UHGV virus genome: UHGV-0150124
Strand: one strand, 5' to 3'
Length of the DNA: 53,037 nt
DNA from: a virus
Shown in pieces: positions 19,435 to 28,646 of this stretch. The stretch's first letter is position 1. Each line of letters begins with the position of its first letter. The position numbers and the translations under genes were made by a program. A model generated the notes under the pieces. That model was not told where the DNA came from. It saw nothing but the letters and a program-made list of their open reading frames with translations, and did no database searches.

Positions 19435-19848
19435 TTATGCGACGCGAACACGGACGAAATCAACCGCTTCCAGGGTTACGTCTTCCTGGCAATAAGCGAC
19501 AGTGACCTCACCAAGTTTAATGGCCTGGTCTTTTTTATATGCACCAGTATTAAGGCGCATGGCGAACTCTCGGCCCTGCTCTACATAATCTGCAACTACT
19601 GTGTTACCTACTGCGATGGCATCACCAATACCTTTACCTTCATGATAAGCAGGATTAACGATATACAAGCGAGCACCAGCGGTATAATCACTGGCAGCAG
19701 TGGCACTCTCGCCAGCCTCACCATCGACAGCGTTCACAAACTTACCGTCTTTCAACACCACCAGCGTCCCCGGTTTTAATTCAGCACCTGCTGCGCGTGT
19801 TTCGGTAATGGATTTACCATCAATATTTACACGACGAAAACGAAACAT
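19435..19848 (-). CDS. Putative head decoration or accessory head protein
   Basis: 137-aa ORF between scaffold-like and capsid genes. Confidence 0.3.
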   Translation of the reverse strand: MFRFRRVNIDGKSITETRAAGAELKPGTLVVLKDGKFVNAVDGEAGESATAASDYTAGARLYIVNPAYHEGKGIGDAIAVGNTVVADYVEQGREFAMRLNTGAYKKDQAIKLGEVTVAYCQEDVTLEAVDFVRVRVA

Positions 19849-19864
19849 TGTGATCCCCTTTTAA

Positions 19865-21148
19865 TTAGAAATAAGTGTTAAAGTCTGGTACTTCGCCTTT
19901 TTTACCTTCGCTTGCTGCGTTGGTTGCCATCGGCGTTGCGTTGCCCAGGGATTTAAACATTGCTTCTAACGCTTCCCCATTTAATGCGTTAGCAACAATT
20001 TCGCCGTGCACTTTTGCTACTGCGGCGCGTTTTTCTGCTACTTCTTTATTTGCGTTTGCTGCGATCTCTTCTTTAATCGCTTTCTGGTTGATCTGTAATT
20101 CTTCAACGCTTGCCTGTACTGGTTTAAGTGCTTCAGCGATTGCATTAGCCATATTTGCAGTGATGCTTTCGTTAATTTCTTTTACCAGTTCGGCGCGTTC
20201 TTCTTTGGTCAAAGGCATGGGATCGTCCTCCGATTTATTGGCCTTAATTTTTTCATTCAGGGAGAAAAGATTAGACAGGTGTTCAGCGAACTGAGCGAAC
20301 CATGATTTACTTTCCTCATTGGTTGCAAGTTCGCCATTATTGAGAATAATTTTATCAGCCTGTTTTTCATATGCGCAAACTTGAGCACTTTCGGTATTAG
20401 TGGCAATCGTCACTTCTTTATCAGTGAAGTCCACAACATACACGTAATCGGCATCAGGAAATAATTCACGCGCCGCGTCGGTTAATTGTTTCTCAAGCGT
20501 ACGGTAACTGTTTTCTTTCATTGCCACCGCCATTAACGGTTTCGCCTGGTCAGTATTAACCATCAACCCTACACCCTGTTCAGGTGATGCGGCTGGCGGC
20601 TCATGCAGCAAAATAGCGTCATGGTCGATCGACATAATTTTTACTACATGGTCAGCGCCCTGGGCTTTCATCTCTTCAGTAGCTGGCATACGCTGACGAT
20701 ATACAGCGACGGACGACCAGATAGGATCTTTGCTTTCTCCTTTCTCCAGTGCTTCCAGTCGGGTTAATAATTCGCGCCCCTGTTCTGAATGGCTGGCTGT
20801 TTCAATATCCACCCATTTTTCCACATAAACACGATTGCCGCGTAATTCAACGTTTCTGTTCCACGCTCCACAAAACCCGGTGTTCAATCCTTCCGGGCTA
20901 AATGCGGAAACAAATTTACCGTCAACGGTAGGATGGCCTAACGGTGCAAGCGTCCCCTCCAGTGACTGGTAATTAGCGATAATTTCAGCTTCTGGGTAAT
21001 ACTCACGATTCATAACGATATTGAATGGCAGCGTATATGATGGCACAACAATGTGCTCGCGTCCGTTATAAGTTTCCCGGCGTATGGTATTAGCGGTTAA
21101 TTTGGTATTAACCTGAATTAATTCTTTACTCACGGTTTTTACTCCCAA
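19865..21148 (-). CDS. Putative scaffolding / prohead maturation protein
   Basis: 427 aa; C-terminal half Ala/Glu/Lys-rich and coiled-coil-like; position upstream of capsid. Confidence 0.4.
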   Translation of the reverse strand: MGVKTVSKELIQVNTKLTANTIRRETYNGREHIVVPSYTLPFNIVMNREYYPEAEIIANYQSLEGTLAPLGHPTVDGKFVSAFSPEGLNTGFCGAWNRNVELRGNRVYVEKWVDIETASHSEQGRELLTRLEALEKGESKDPIWSSVAVYRQRMPATEEMKAQGADHVVKIMSIDHDAILLHEPPAASPEQGVGLMVNTDQAKPLMAVAMKENSYRTLEKQLTDAARELFPDADYVYVVDFTDKEVTIATNTESAQVCAYEKQADKIILNNGELATNEESKSWFAQFAEHLSNLFSLNEKIKANKSEDDPMPLTKEERAELVKEINESITANMANAIAEALKPVQASVEELQINQKAIKEEIAANANKEVAEKRAAVAKVHGEIVANALNGEALEAMFKSLGNATPMATNAASEGKKGEVPDFNTYF

Positions 21149-22089
21149 TCTTCGCCATATTTAGCGTGCGCAACTTTATAGTTTTCTTGCGCCCGATCTA
21201 ATATTCTTTCGTTTAATATGTTACCGTCTTCGTCAACTAATACGGTAATCGTGCTACATTTGCAGTTAATTGAATTAGGGGATCTACTCCACCATTCGCG
21301 CTGCTCATCTATGGTGTATGTTTTCCCGTGCCGCTGCGCGTGCGATAGCCTGGTAGTCGGTGACAATGCCGAAATGTGCATTTGCATAGTGCGCAGATTA
21401 AATTCTTCTGTCGCCGCTTCTGCCTCATCCATACGCGCTGTGCGTAACGCTGTGCATATTTCAGTTCGAGCAATACGTTTGCATCTGTATAGCGGTAATT
21501 GCGTCTCCTGATTCAATGTGCGCGCTATTTCCAGTGGGTTTAAACCACGGGCCATGCCTTCAGTTAGTCGGCGGGCCATATCCTTTTTGATCTGTGCTGT
21601 CAGCCCGCGCATTTCCTCAAATACACGGGTACGGACCAGGGCAAGGCGCGTGCGGTAGGTTGTGCTTGATAGTACGGCAGATACATCGGGATAAACGCTT
21701 GAGTACGTGACAGACTGGTTAGCAAGGTTGGCGTATTCCTGTGCCGTGCCTCGCTGATACGCGACCTTCACGTATTCCTGCCAGAACCAAAAACTTTCCG
21801 GGTCGGTTAGCTCGAATATCTCATCAATCATGTCGCTGGCGTCCTCCAGCATGTCATGTAATTCATCCATGTAAATCTGGAAGGTGTATTTCTTATTAAC
21901 AGCCAGGCTATATTGGATTCTGTCCAGTATGGCGATATATGGATCGGCTACTTTTTTCAGGCAGGATTTGAAACGCTTAACAGCACCAGAACGTAACTTC
22001 CCTGTCATGGTCGGATCTTCGGTGTTAGATGGCATTATCGCGGCTGGAGGTATTCGCCTGATTATTTTCTTCACCTTCATCATCGTCAT
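21139..22089 (-). CDS. Head morphogenesis protein (Mu F / SPP1 gp7-like minor head protein)
   Basis: 316-aa ORF directly downstream of portal; conserved IARTE...HG segment typical of this family (by eye). Confidence 0.55.
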   Translation of the reverse strand: MTMMKVKKIIRRIPPAAIMPSNTEDPTMTGKLRSGAVKRFKSCLKKVADPYIAILDRIQYSLAVNKKYTFQIYMDELHDMLEDASDMIDEIFELTDPESFWFWQEYVKVAYQRGTAQEYANLANQSVTYSSVYPDVSAVLSSTTYRTRLALVRTRVFEEMRGLTAQIKKDMARRLTEGMARGLNPLEIARTLNQETQLPLYRCKRIARTEICTALRTARMDEAEAATEEFNLRTMQMHISALSPTTRLSHAQRHGKTYTIDEQREWWSRSPNSINCKCSTITVLVDEDGNILNERILDRAQENYKVAHAKYGEDWE

Positions 22090-23395
22090 CCTCTTCCGTT
22101 TCTACTTCACTGGCTGGGCCATCGTATCCGGCAGCCTCGCGGATCTCATCGCCGCTAAATATTTCTTCACCAGTAGCCAAACAAGCCTGATTGATTTGCG
22201 CCATCTTGTCTGCGGCTTCCAGTAGCTCTGCTTTGGTCATGGCGTTAAGGTCGTCCCATAGCACTGATACATCTACTGGCATACTGATAAGGCGTAGATC
22301 TGCCATCTTGCGGAACAGATCTTCAATCTCGCCACCGATTTCCTCCCTGCGGGTCATGCAGCGGCTGTTGAAGTAACGCAGGTCTTCGGTTGATGCGCGT
22401 TCTCCCTGCTGGTTCCCAACCAGGATGCGGGTTGGAATATCAACACCAGCGGCGGCGGTTTGCAGGTTTACGTCATAGGTTGATGACGGGTCGGATACGG
22501 CAGTAACCAGCGGGCTTACTGTTGCACCCTGTAACGCCATCATTACGTCATTACCCTTATTCATTTCAGCAGTAGCCTCATTGAATCTTTCGCGTAACTC
22601 TGTAACGTCGCAATCGTATGTTGCAGCCAGGGAACGGAAGTCAATATCTTTATCGAACGAAATGGCAAGCTGACGCGCTGCGTTTTTCAGGAATGATTCA
22701 CCACTACCGCCTTCCACTTTTTCCAGTGATACGAATGCGTTGTAGGAAGGTTCAAGGAAAGCGATGACATCATCAGAATAGTCGCCAAAGATGAATATGC
22801 GGTCAGGGTGGATCTTTCTAGCAATGGTCTTACTGTTAATGCGTTCTTTGTATTCCCACCACGTTGGCAGGCCATAGTTTTCATTATCCGGGTTTTCTTC
22901 GAAGTCCTTCGGTGTAAGAGCGCCAGCCCACACAGGGGTAAATTTTGCAATGCCTACGCCTTTTGTCACTGGCTGATCCCACGGCTTGTTATCTCTGATA
23001 TGAATTAACAGACCAGAGTAACGACCAATGAGGCGGCGGCGATCACATTCAGCAACAGTGCGCCAAAATCTGTTGTTAAATTTCTTCTTGATTTCTCTCT
23101 CCCACGGTGTTTCCTTTTTCGCTTTCTCGTCTTCAGTTCCTTCAATCATCTTTGGCTTGGTGCGCCAGCAAGTAGTAACAATCTTTTCTACAGCACCGTG
23201 AGCGATGCCGCCGCGTCTGTACAGTTTGTATAGATCGTGATACGTGATCTCTTCTTTAAATCCGTATTCACTCCACGCAGCATCACGTTTGGCATCTATC
23301 CCCATAGTGAACGGATGTGCCGCTGCATAGCGGGCAAAGGCCGCCTGGCGTTGAGACAAGGCAGCATTAACCGCCAATTCTAAATTGGATGGCAT
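22025..23395 (-). CDS. Portal protein
   Basis: ~456 aa, immediately downstream of large terminase; acidic C-terminal tail; ATG at 23395 preceded by AGGAG (track ORF starts at 23416). Confidence 0.7.
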   Translation of the reverse strand: MPSNLELAVNAALSQRQAAFARYAAAHPFTMGIDAKRDAAWSEYGFKEEITYHDLYKLYRRGGIAHGAVEKIVTTCWRTKPKMIEGTEDEKAKKETPWEREIKKKFNNRFWRTVAECDRRRLIGRYSGLLIHIRDNKPWDQPVTKGVGIAKFTPVWAGALTPKDFEENPDNENYGLPTWWEYKERINSKTIARKIHPDRIFIFGDYSDDVIAFLEPSYNAFVSLEKVEGGSGESFLKNAARQLAISFDKDIDFRSLAATYDCDVTELRERFNEATAEMNKGNDVMMALQGATVSPLVTAVSDPSSTYDVNLQTAAAGVDIPTRILVGNQQGERASTEDLRYFNSRCMTRREEIGGEIEDLFRKMADLRLISMPVDVSVLWDDLNAMTKAELLEAADKMAQINQACLATGEEIFSGDEIREAAGYDGPASEVETEEDDDDEGEENNQANTSSRDNAI

Positions 23396-23491
23396 AATGT
23401 TTACTCCTGAATACATGTTTACGCGTTGCTACGCGAAAAATAGAAAAATTCGTGAGGGATTGTGAGGCAGATTTTGTGTAGCTAATTGAGA

Positions 23492-23538
23492 ATTATTATT
23501 GTTCATCTTCGAAAATTTTTCGAAGTTGATAATAATCA
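23492..23538. other. Long imperfect hairpin in the terL-portal intergenic gap
   Basis: Core palindrome CTTCGAAAATTTTTCGAAG (23507..23525) flanked by ATTATTATTG / TGATAATAAT arms. Confidence 0.4.
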
Positions 23539-23543
23539 ATAAC

Positions 23544-25028
23544 TTAAAACCCTCGCAGGCGCTTAGGTAACATGAGGCCCATCGCCTGTGGCTGGCTTAG
23601 TTCAGTGATACCCCATACCATAGCATCCATACGGTCAGGGGATTTTTTAGCGGTGGCTGGCACGTATTCCATCATTTGATTTTCCAGCGTGTACAGCTCA
23701 CCAGTGTGTGCCACCCTTCCTTGTGCATACAGTGCCGATATTGGCTCGGCGCGGGCGAACTTACCTTTACTTGCATGCACCTTAACAATACGGCCTTTGA
23801 ATCCGGCATTACGCAACGTGGCCTCTGCCATTTCGCCGCCCTGGTTAGTTTCGATAACCATCGCGTCAGCTTCATGGATGTTGTAGGCGTTCATTGATGC
23901 CTGCGCCCAGTCGTTAGGAGACATGCGGCCTGAGTAGTCGCCATCAACAGAATACTGAGCATTCTTACCGCCACCATAGGCGGAACATGCCACGATCCCT
24001 GTTTCGTCAGACTCATCAGATGATGTTGTCGCCGGGTCAATAGCTATTACAGTGCGTATTTTCTCCTGCGTTATCTGCATCCGGTGCGCTGCGGTTATCA
24101 TTGCTTCAGTCCACAATGCACCCTCTTCGTCGAATTTACGCGGGCGCTGCATGTACTGGGCCTCAAATGACCGTCTGTGTGCCTTCAGTCCTGCTTCATG
24201 GCTGTCATTGTGCTTTTTAGGCCATAGCCAGCCATCTGGCAGATTGTGAGGAATGGGGATAGCGAACTCGTTTTCAGGGTACAAATCCCGATAGTCAACG
24301 CTATTGTCGATCTTCACTGGCAGGTTCAGGTGATGCCATTTCTCCCCGCTCCCACCGCGTAGCAGGTAGCCTGACAAATCATCGTAGTGGATGCGTTGCA
24401 TGATGACGATAACAGGCGTTGTTTGCACTGCCAGACGTGAAGCAAGCGTGTCGTTATAGTTAGTGTTAACCTGCTTTCTCACCACGTCAGAGTAAGCGTC
24501 AGCGGGTTTTAATGGGTCATCGATGATTAACGCGCCGTTAAATCCCGGTTCCATATACCCTGCACGGAACCCAGTAACCTGACCAAGCGATGACGTTGCA
24601 TACACGCCGCCGCCGTATTCAGTCCACCACATCGATTTACTGTTGGCATCGTTGCGGATCTTCATGGTCCACATTGCCTGATATTCAGGCGTACAGATCA
24701 TGTTTCTTACTGTCGAGGAATTGAGTAGCGCCAGGTTGTTGGAATAGGAAACGTGAAGGAAGCGTGTGCGGGGATTTATTGCGAGGGACCGCGCCATCAT
24801 ATTGATAGTGGCGATCATGGTTTTGCCGTACCCTGGGGGAATATTGATGATGAGTCGGGTTATCTCACCATTGATAACGCGTTGCAGTGCATCACGGATG
24901 GCTAAATGATGGCCTGAGATTAACATCTTCGTTCCGTTTGCTTGCTTATAGAAGTAGCGATTGAAAAACAGGCCATCGTTTTCACATTTTGACTGAATAA
25001 CCCTTTCTTTGATGGACAACATAATCAC
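23544..25028 (-). CDS. terL: Terminase large subunit
   Basis: 494 aa, Walker-A-like PPGYGKT, acidic nuclease-type C-terminal half; follows terS with overlapping stop-start. Confidence 0.85.
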   Translation of the reverse strand: MIMLSIKERVIQSKCENDGLFFNRYFYKQANGTKMLISGHHLAIRDALQRVINGEITRLIINIPPGYGKTMIATINMMARSLAINPRTRFLHVSYSNNLALLNSSTVRNMICTPEYQAMWTMKIRNDANSKSMWWTEYGGGVYATSSLGQVTGFRAGYMEPGFNGALIIDDPLKPADAYSDVVRKQVNTNYNDTLASRLAVQTTPVIVIMQRIHYDDLSGYLLRGGSGEKWHHLNLPVKIDNSVDYRDLYPENEFAIPIPHNLPDGWLWPKKHNDSHEAGLKAHRRSFEAQYMQRPRKFDEEGALWTEAMITAAHRMQITQEKIRTVIAIDPATTSSDESDETGIVACSAYGGGKNAQYSVDGDYSGRMSPNDWAQASMNAYNIHEADAMVIETNQGGEMAEATLRNAGFKGRIVKVHASKGKFARAEPISALYAQGRVAHTGELYTLENQMMEYVPATAKKSPDRMDAMVWGITELSQPQAMGLMLPKRLRGF

Positions 25029-25510
25029 ACCTCGTCTTCTACTTCCTGGACGATGCTGGCGATCTCTTCTTTCGTGACTTCAACCTGGACGGGCGCTTCT
25101 TCCTTATTGCCAACAATCTCCTGTGTGACACGTTCGCCGTATTTACGCGGTTGCAGTTTTGCCAATAGCCATTTACGCGTTTCAATCATTAATTGGTGGC
25201 GGCGTAGTTGGTCTTTATCAACGTTCTTAGCATCATCAGCTATATCGAGGATCTCATCAGCTAATACCTCGAAGCCGATTTCCTTCGCGCGCATGTACAT
25301 GTCCGAGAATTCCGGCACGTCTCTAAACCATTTCAGGATTGTTGAACGGGTAGGCATACCAGGCATCTTCGAAATTTTGTTAACGCTCTGACCGTCCGCC
25401 ACCAGTTCACAGATTTCTAACGCCTTTTCTTCTGTATAACCATGCGGACGACCCACCCTTTTTGCGGCTGGCTTTTTATCGTCAGCATTTGCCTTTTTAG
25501 TGCGGGCCAT
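25025..25510 (-). CDS. terS: Terminase small subunit
   Basis: 161 aa, N-terminal HTH-like segment, acidic C-terminus, overlaps terL start. Confidence 0.7.
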   Translation of the reverse strand: MARTKKANADDKKPAAKRVGRPHGYTEEKALEICELVADGQSVNKISKMPGMPTRSTILKWFRDVPEFSDMYMRAKEIGFEVLADEILDIADDAKNVDKDQLRRHQLMIETRKWLLAKLQPRKYGERVTQEIVGNKEEAPVQVEVTKEEIASIVQEVEDEV

Positions 25511-25520
25511 AATTCACCTC

Positions 25521-25604
25521 TCAATATTTATTGATGATATATACGCAAGCTACAAAACTTGCGCAGTATGTTAAAACTTCCAACCAGTCGAACAGCTCTT
25601 TCAT
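25521..25604 (-). CDS. Tiny ORF 27 aa (MKELFDWLEVLTYCASFVACVYIINKY)
   Basis: Hand-translated; stop overlaps the terS ribosome-binding site. Confidence 0.25.
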   Translation of the reverse strand: MKELFDWLEVLTYCASFVACVYIINKY

Positions 25605-25674
25605 TGTTTACATTTATGCGAAGAAAACGATAACGACTAACAACGTGCATATAGCCATAATTAAGAAGTCACTG

Positions 25675-25749
25675 TCAGACGTTGATAATCACCCCAATAA
25701 TAATTAACGCAACGGTACACACGATCAACATAATATCAATAGCATTCAT
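25675..25749 (-). CDS. Tiny hydrophobic peptide 24 aa (MNAIDIMLIVCTVALIIIGVIINV)
   Basis: Hand-translated; AGGTGA 4 nt upstream of ATG; single predicted TM helix. Confidence 0.3.
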   Translation of the reverse strand: MNAIDIMLIVCTVALIIIGVIINV

Positions 25750-25757
25750 GCGTTCAC

Positions 25758-25826
25758 CTATTGAGTTAACGCGATCATGGTAAAAACAATCGCAACGATC
25801 AGGAAAAAGAAATCAAGCCATTTCAT
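25758..25826 (-). CDS. Tiny hydrophobic peptide 22 aa (MKWLDFFFLIVAIVFTMIALTQ)
   Basis: Hand-translated; GGGAG upstream. Confidence 0.3.
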   Translation of the reverse strand: MKWLDFFFLIVAIVFTMIALTQ

Positions 25827-25889
25827 TTTTTCATCTCCCGGTATACGTCCACAGCAATAACCACAACTACAGCCACCAGCAATAGCATC

Positions 25890-25997
25890 TCATATGCGTT
25901 CATTGACACTACCTATAACCAGACCAATGATGATAATTACGGCTACTACGCAAAACATCATCCCGCACATAATCGCCAGTAATTCGAATATATCCAT
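25890..25997 (-). CDS. Tiny hydrophobic peptide 35 aa (MDIFELLAIMCGMMFCVVAVIIIIGLVIGSVNERI)
   Basis: Hand-translated; AGGTGA upstream; C-terminal part of a track ORF. Confidence 0.3.
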   Translation of the reverse strand: MDIFELLAIMCGMMFCVVAVIIIIGLVIGSVNERI

Positions 25998-26005
25998 GCC
26001 GTCAC

Positions 26006-26080
26006 CTATACAACATTCTTCCACCAGAAACAGATAATGACGGCGACCAACGACCACCAGATGAGATCGTAAATATTCAT
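26006..26080 (-). CDS. Tiny hydrophobic peptide 24 aa (MNIYDLIWWSLVAVIICFWWKNVV)
   Basis: Hand-translated; GAAGG upstream. Confidence 0.3.
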   Translation of the reverse strand: MNIYDLIWWSLVAVIICFWWKNVV

Positions 26081-26091
26081 GGTGAATACCT

Positions 26092-26166
26092 TCAGCTTTC
26101 AATGAGTATCATGATCGCCAGCCATACAGCGACGCAGACAGAAAGGATAATTAGCGGGTCAATCAT
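26092..26166 (-). CDS. Tiny hydrophobic peptide 24 aa (MIDPLIILSVCVAVWLAIMILIES)
   Basis: Hand-translated; GGGGTG upstream. Confidence 0.3.
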   Translation of the reverse strand: MIDPLIILSVCVAVWLAIMILIES

Positions 26167-26171
26167 ATTTT

Positions 26172-26276
26172 TCACCCCACCAAATACTTGATATATACGT
26201 TTATCAGCGCAACTATAATAGAACCCACAAGAAACACAGAAACGCCGATTAATCCGGCGATGATGTAAGCATCCAT
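26172..26276 (-). CDS. Tiny hydrophobic peptide 34 aa (MDAYIIAGLIGVSVFLVGSIIVALINVYIKYLVG)
   Basis: Hand-translated; weak RBS. Confidence 0.3.
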   Translation of the reverse strand: MDAYIIAGLIGVSVFLVGSIIVALINVYIKYLVG

Positions 26277-26282
26277 AATATC

Positions 26283-26349
26283 AATGTCCGTATATCAAGA
26301 TCACAGCGGCAGCTATGCCAACAAATACGCCTAACAGAAAAGTAAACAT
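26283..26349 (-). CDS. Tiny hydrophobic peptide 22 aa (MFTFLLGVFVGIAAAVILIYGH)
   Basis: Hand-translated; GAGGG 6 nt upstream, 2 nt after stop of preceding gene. Confidence 0.3.
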
Positions 26350-26351
26350 AA

Positions 26352-26924
26352 TTACCCTCTCTTAAAGCTCATAACGCGCGGTACAAGCGCCTCTTTTGCT
26401 TTCGGCTTACGTTTGCCTTTCTTAGCTGGTTTTTTCTCTTCTTTCGGCTCCTCTGCCTGTTCTGCTGCATCAGTCGCCTGCTCTGCCTTTTCTAACGCCT
26501 GCTCAACGACTTCAGCCGCCTGCATCGCTGTGATCTGTGCTTCGTTTGATTCTGCTAGGATAGGGAAAAACGCATCGAAGATACGGCCTACCATGTAAGC
26601 GTAAGTCTCATTCGCCGGATGGGTAGGATCCGTGGTAGCCACGACGCCTACATCACTTAAAACGTGGAATGTAGTGTGGGCGCATTCATGGACCAGCGTT
26701 CCCAACTCATTGTTGAATACTGCGATCACGTAGAAGTTACCACCATTCTCGCCAGTGCAAGTAAGCGTTAATCCTCCAGCCAACTCGAAATCAGGTTCAA
26801 TCGGAATTCCTGCCTTTTCGCAAAATTCATAGAACATCTCGCGGGTCGGGCAAAAGAAAACGGTTGTATGCTCAAAGAGTGGGATCTTAAATTGAGGCAA
26901 TTTAATGCCTTTAGCCTTAGCCAT
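26352..26924 (-). CDS. Hypothetical protein with HExxH motif and Lys-rich acidic/basic tail
   Basis: 190 aa; LVHECAHTTFH contains HExxH; C-terminal AEQAEEPKEEKKPAKKGKRKPKAKE tail. Confidence 0.4.
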   Translation of the reverse strand: MAKAKGIKLPQFKIPLFEHTTVFFCPTREMFYEFCEKAGIPIEPDFELAGGLTLTCTGENGGNFYVIAVFNNELGTLVHECAHTTFHVLSDVGVVATTDPTHPANETYAYMVGRIFDAFFPILAESNEAQITAMQAAEVVEQALEKAEQATDAAEQAEEPKEEKKPAKKGKRKPKAKEALVPRVMSFKRG

Positions 26925-27203
26925 CAGAATAATCTCCTATTCTGAAAAATATAACCCCCGCAAAACTCGACACCGCAGGGAGTGAAAACAGTTATAAAAC
27001 ACTGAAAACGGCGCTTCATCAGTACCGTTTCCAGAATTTTATAAAATTGGTGAATGGCGCTTTCTTCTACCCAGGTAGCGCCTGACCTGTTAATGGGACT
27101 GTTGATCCGGTATTACGTGTTTTTGACTATTCCGCCGTCGCTCGCGGGAAGGATTGGCCCGGTTATGGCTGGCTGACAGAAACGGCGACACGTCAACGCG
27201 CTG

Positions 27204-27692
27204 CTATTCTTTGCGTAAACACTGAGTTTTGATGTAGTCCTGTAGGCCAGTGATCTGTGCGTCTTTCTCTTTTAGTTGTTCTCTGAGGGATAGATAAGAT
27301 TGTCTAGCAGTGGCATCAAGCTCGCAGGTGGCTCCATCAATGCGGCTGGCGGTCGCGGCGGGGTCGGACACTCGCACGGGTATTGCGTTGACGCGCAACC
27401 GGATAGTACCGTTATCAATGCCAGTGCGCAGATCGGCAATGTCAGATCTGATAGCTTTAATCTCATCGTGATACCTCTTATCAAGTTTTGACAGTTCGGC
27501 GTTTCGCTCCTTCATCTGCTGAATAGTGTTACTTGCCGTTTTCAGTGCGCCTTTCGTTACCGTGACTTCTTCCTGTAACCTTGCCGCCTCACCCTGGTAA
27601 TAACATGTTACGGCGGTCAGTCCGGCAATAATGCAAACAACAGCGGCGATAATTAACGCCTTCACCTTGTCCACGTTTCCCCCCATTCGCAA
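27204..27692 (-). CDS. Rz: Rz-like i-spanin
   Basis: N-terminal TM helix, coiled-coil body, C-terminus resembles lambda Rz ([22 protein letters not shown]...CL). Confidence 0.8.
   Translation of the reverse strand: MRMGGNVDKVKALIIAAVVCIIAGLTAVTCYYQGEAARLQEEVTVTKGALKTASNTIQQMKERNAELSKLDKRYHDEIKAIRSDIADLRTGIDNGTIRLRVNAIPVRVSDPAATASRIDGATCELDATARQSYLSLREQLKEKDAQITGLQDYIKTQCLRKE
27272..27466 (-). CDS. Rz1: Rz1-like o-spanin embedded in Rz in another frame
   Basis: Lipobox LSGC after a signal sequence, then Pro-rich [14 protein letters not shown]; fully nested within Rz. Confidence 0.75.
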   Translation of the reverse strand: MRLKLSDLTLPICALALITVLSGCASTQYPCECPTPPRPPAALMEPPASLMPLLDNLIYPSENN

Positions 27693-28153
27693 ACGGCATA
27701 TTCAACCTCGCGGCGGTTTACCAGGCCTTGCCACTTCTTACCGCCAGCGTATACCCAGCGTTTAAGCTGTGCGCACGCTTCTGATTTCTTGCCGTCATTG
27801 AGTAGTTTTAGTAAGGTTGATGTTTTGAAGTTGGTAGCGCCTACGTTATAGGCGAATGAATAAAGTGCTGCGCGGGTAAAATCTGATATTTCGACTTTGA
27901 TATATGGGTCAATCGCTTTTGCGGTCTTGTGTAGATCTTTATTTAACAAAGCATCGCATTCTGATTGCGTGTAAGTCTTACCAAGCATGATGTCTTTTCC
28001 GACGTGTCCATAACATATCGTGTAAACACCGATGACATCTCTGTATGGCTTATACTCAACGCCTTCAAGATCTTTTATCATCACCGCCGCAATAGCGATC
28101 GCCCCACCAGCCGCCGCCGCAACAATCTTGTTTTTCAGCGATTGGCTAATCAT
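27662..28153 (-). CDS. SAR endolysin (T4-lysozyme-type muramidase)
   Basis: Start at MISQSLKNK; Gly/Ala-rich N-terminal signal-anchor [17 protein letters not shown]; catalytic E-x8-D-x5-T spacing in [17 protein letters not shown]. Confidence 0.85.
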   Translation of the reverse strand: MISQSLKNKIVAAAAGGAIAIAAVMIKDLEGVEYKPYRDVIGVYTICYGHVGKDIMLGKTYTQSECDALLNKDLHKTAKAIDPYIKVEISDFTRAALYSFAYNVGATNFKTSTLLKLLNDGKKSEACAQLKRWVYAGGKKWQGLVNRREVEYAVCEWGETWTR

Positions 28154-28154
28154 G

Positions 28155-28355
28155 TTACTTATTCCCCATTCGCGCGTCGTGTTCCTCTTGCGCTCGCTTG
28201 TTCTCCTGTGATTTGAAGTAATAGTTAACGGCAAATGTGCCTATGGTTGATAAGATACCCACAAAGACAGCAATATCATTAATGGTTATCGCGCCGAAAA
28301 AAGCAGTTACGGCCCCGGTCACATACGCGCACGCCTCCCGTATTCTGTCGAACAT
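28155..28355 (-). CDS. Holin (class II / pinholin-like)
   Basis: 66 aa, two hydrophobic segments, charged C-terminus [19 protein letters not shown]; stop overlaps SAR endolysin start. Confidence 0.65.
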   Translation of the reverse strand: MFDRIREACAYVTGAVTAFFGAITINDIAVFVGILSTIGTFAVNYYFKSQENKRAQEEHDARMGNK

Positions 28356-28370
28356 AGATTTTCCTCCAAC

Positions 28371-28397
28371 AAAGCAAAAACCCGGCTCGTGGCCGGG
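28371..28397 (-). terminator. tR'-like intrinsic terminator just upstream of the holin RBS
   Basis: On minus strand: hairpin CCCGGC-CACGA-GCCGGG followed by TTTTTGCTTTG, then GGAGGA and the holin ATG. Confidence 0.55.
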
Positions 28398-28460
28398 TAA
28401 TTACAATTTCGCATTGTTAGGAAATATTTTAATCTATTTGTTTTTTATGCGCGATTATGG

Positions 28461-28643
28461 CTACAAATCACTAACTTTCACCAAATCGCCATTATCAAGC
28501 CAGATTTTAATTGTTTCTCGCGTCGTCTTGATGATTGGCGCTACCCACTCACCATCGCTAACGCAAACGCGAATATCACCACCCTCTACGCGATAAAACA
28601 TCTTGTCGATTAGTGTTACGGCGTATATACCATCTTCAATCAT
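28461..28643 (-). CDS. Hypothetical small protein
   Basis: 60-aa ORF with AGGAG RBS. Confidence 0.4.
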   Translation of the reverse strand: MIEDGIYAVTLIDKMFYRVEGGDIRVCVSDGEWVAPIIKTTRETIKIWLDNGDLVKVSDL

Positions 28644-28646
28644 TTC

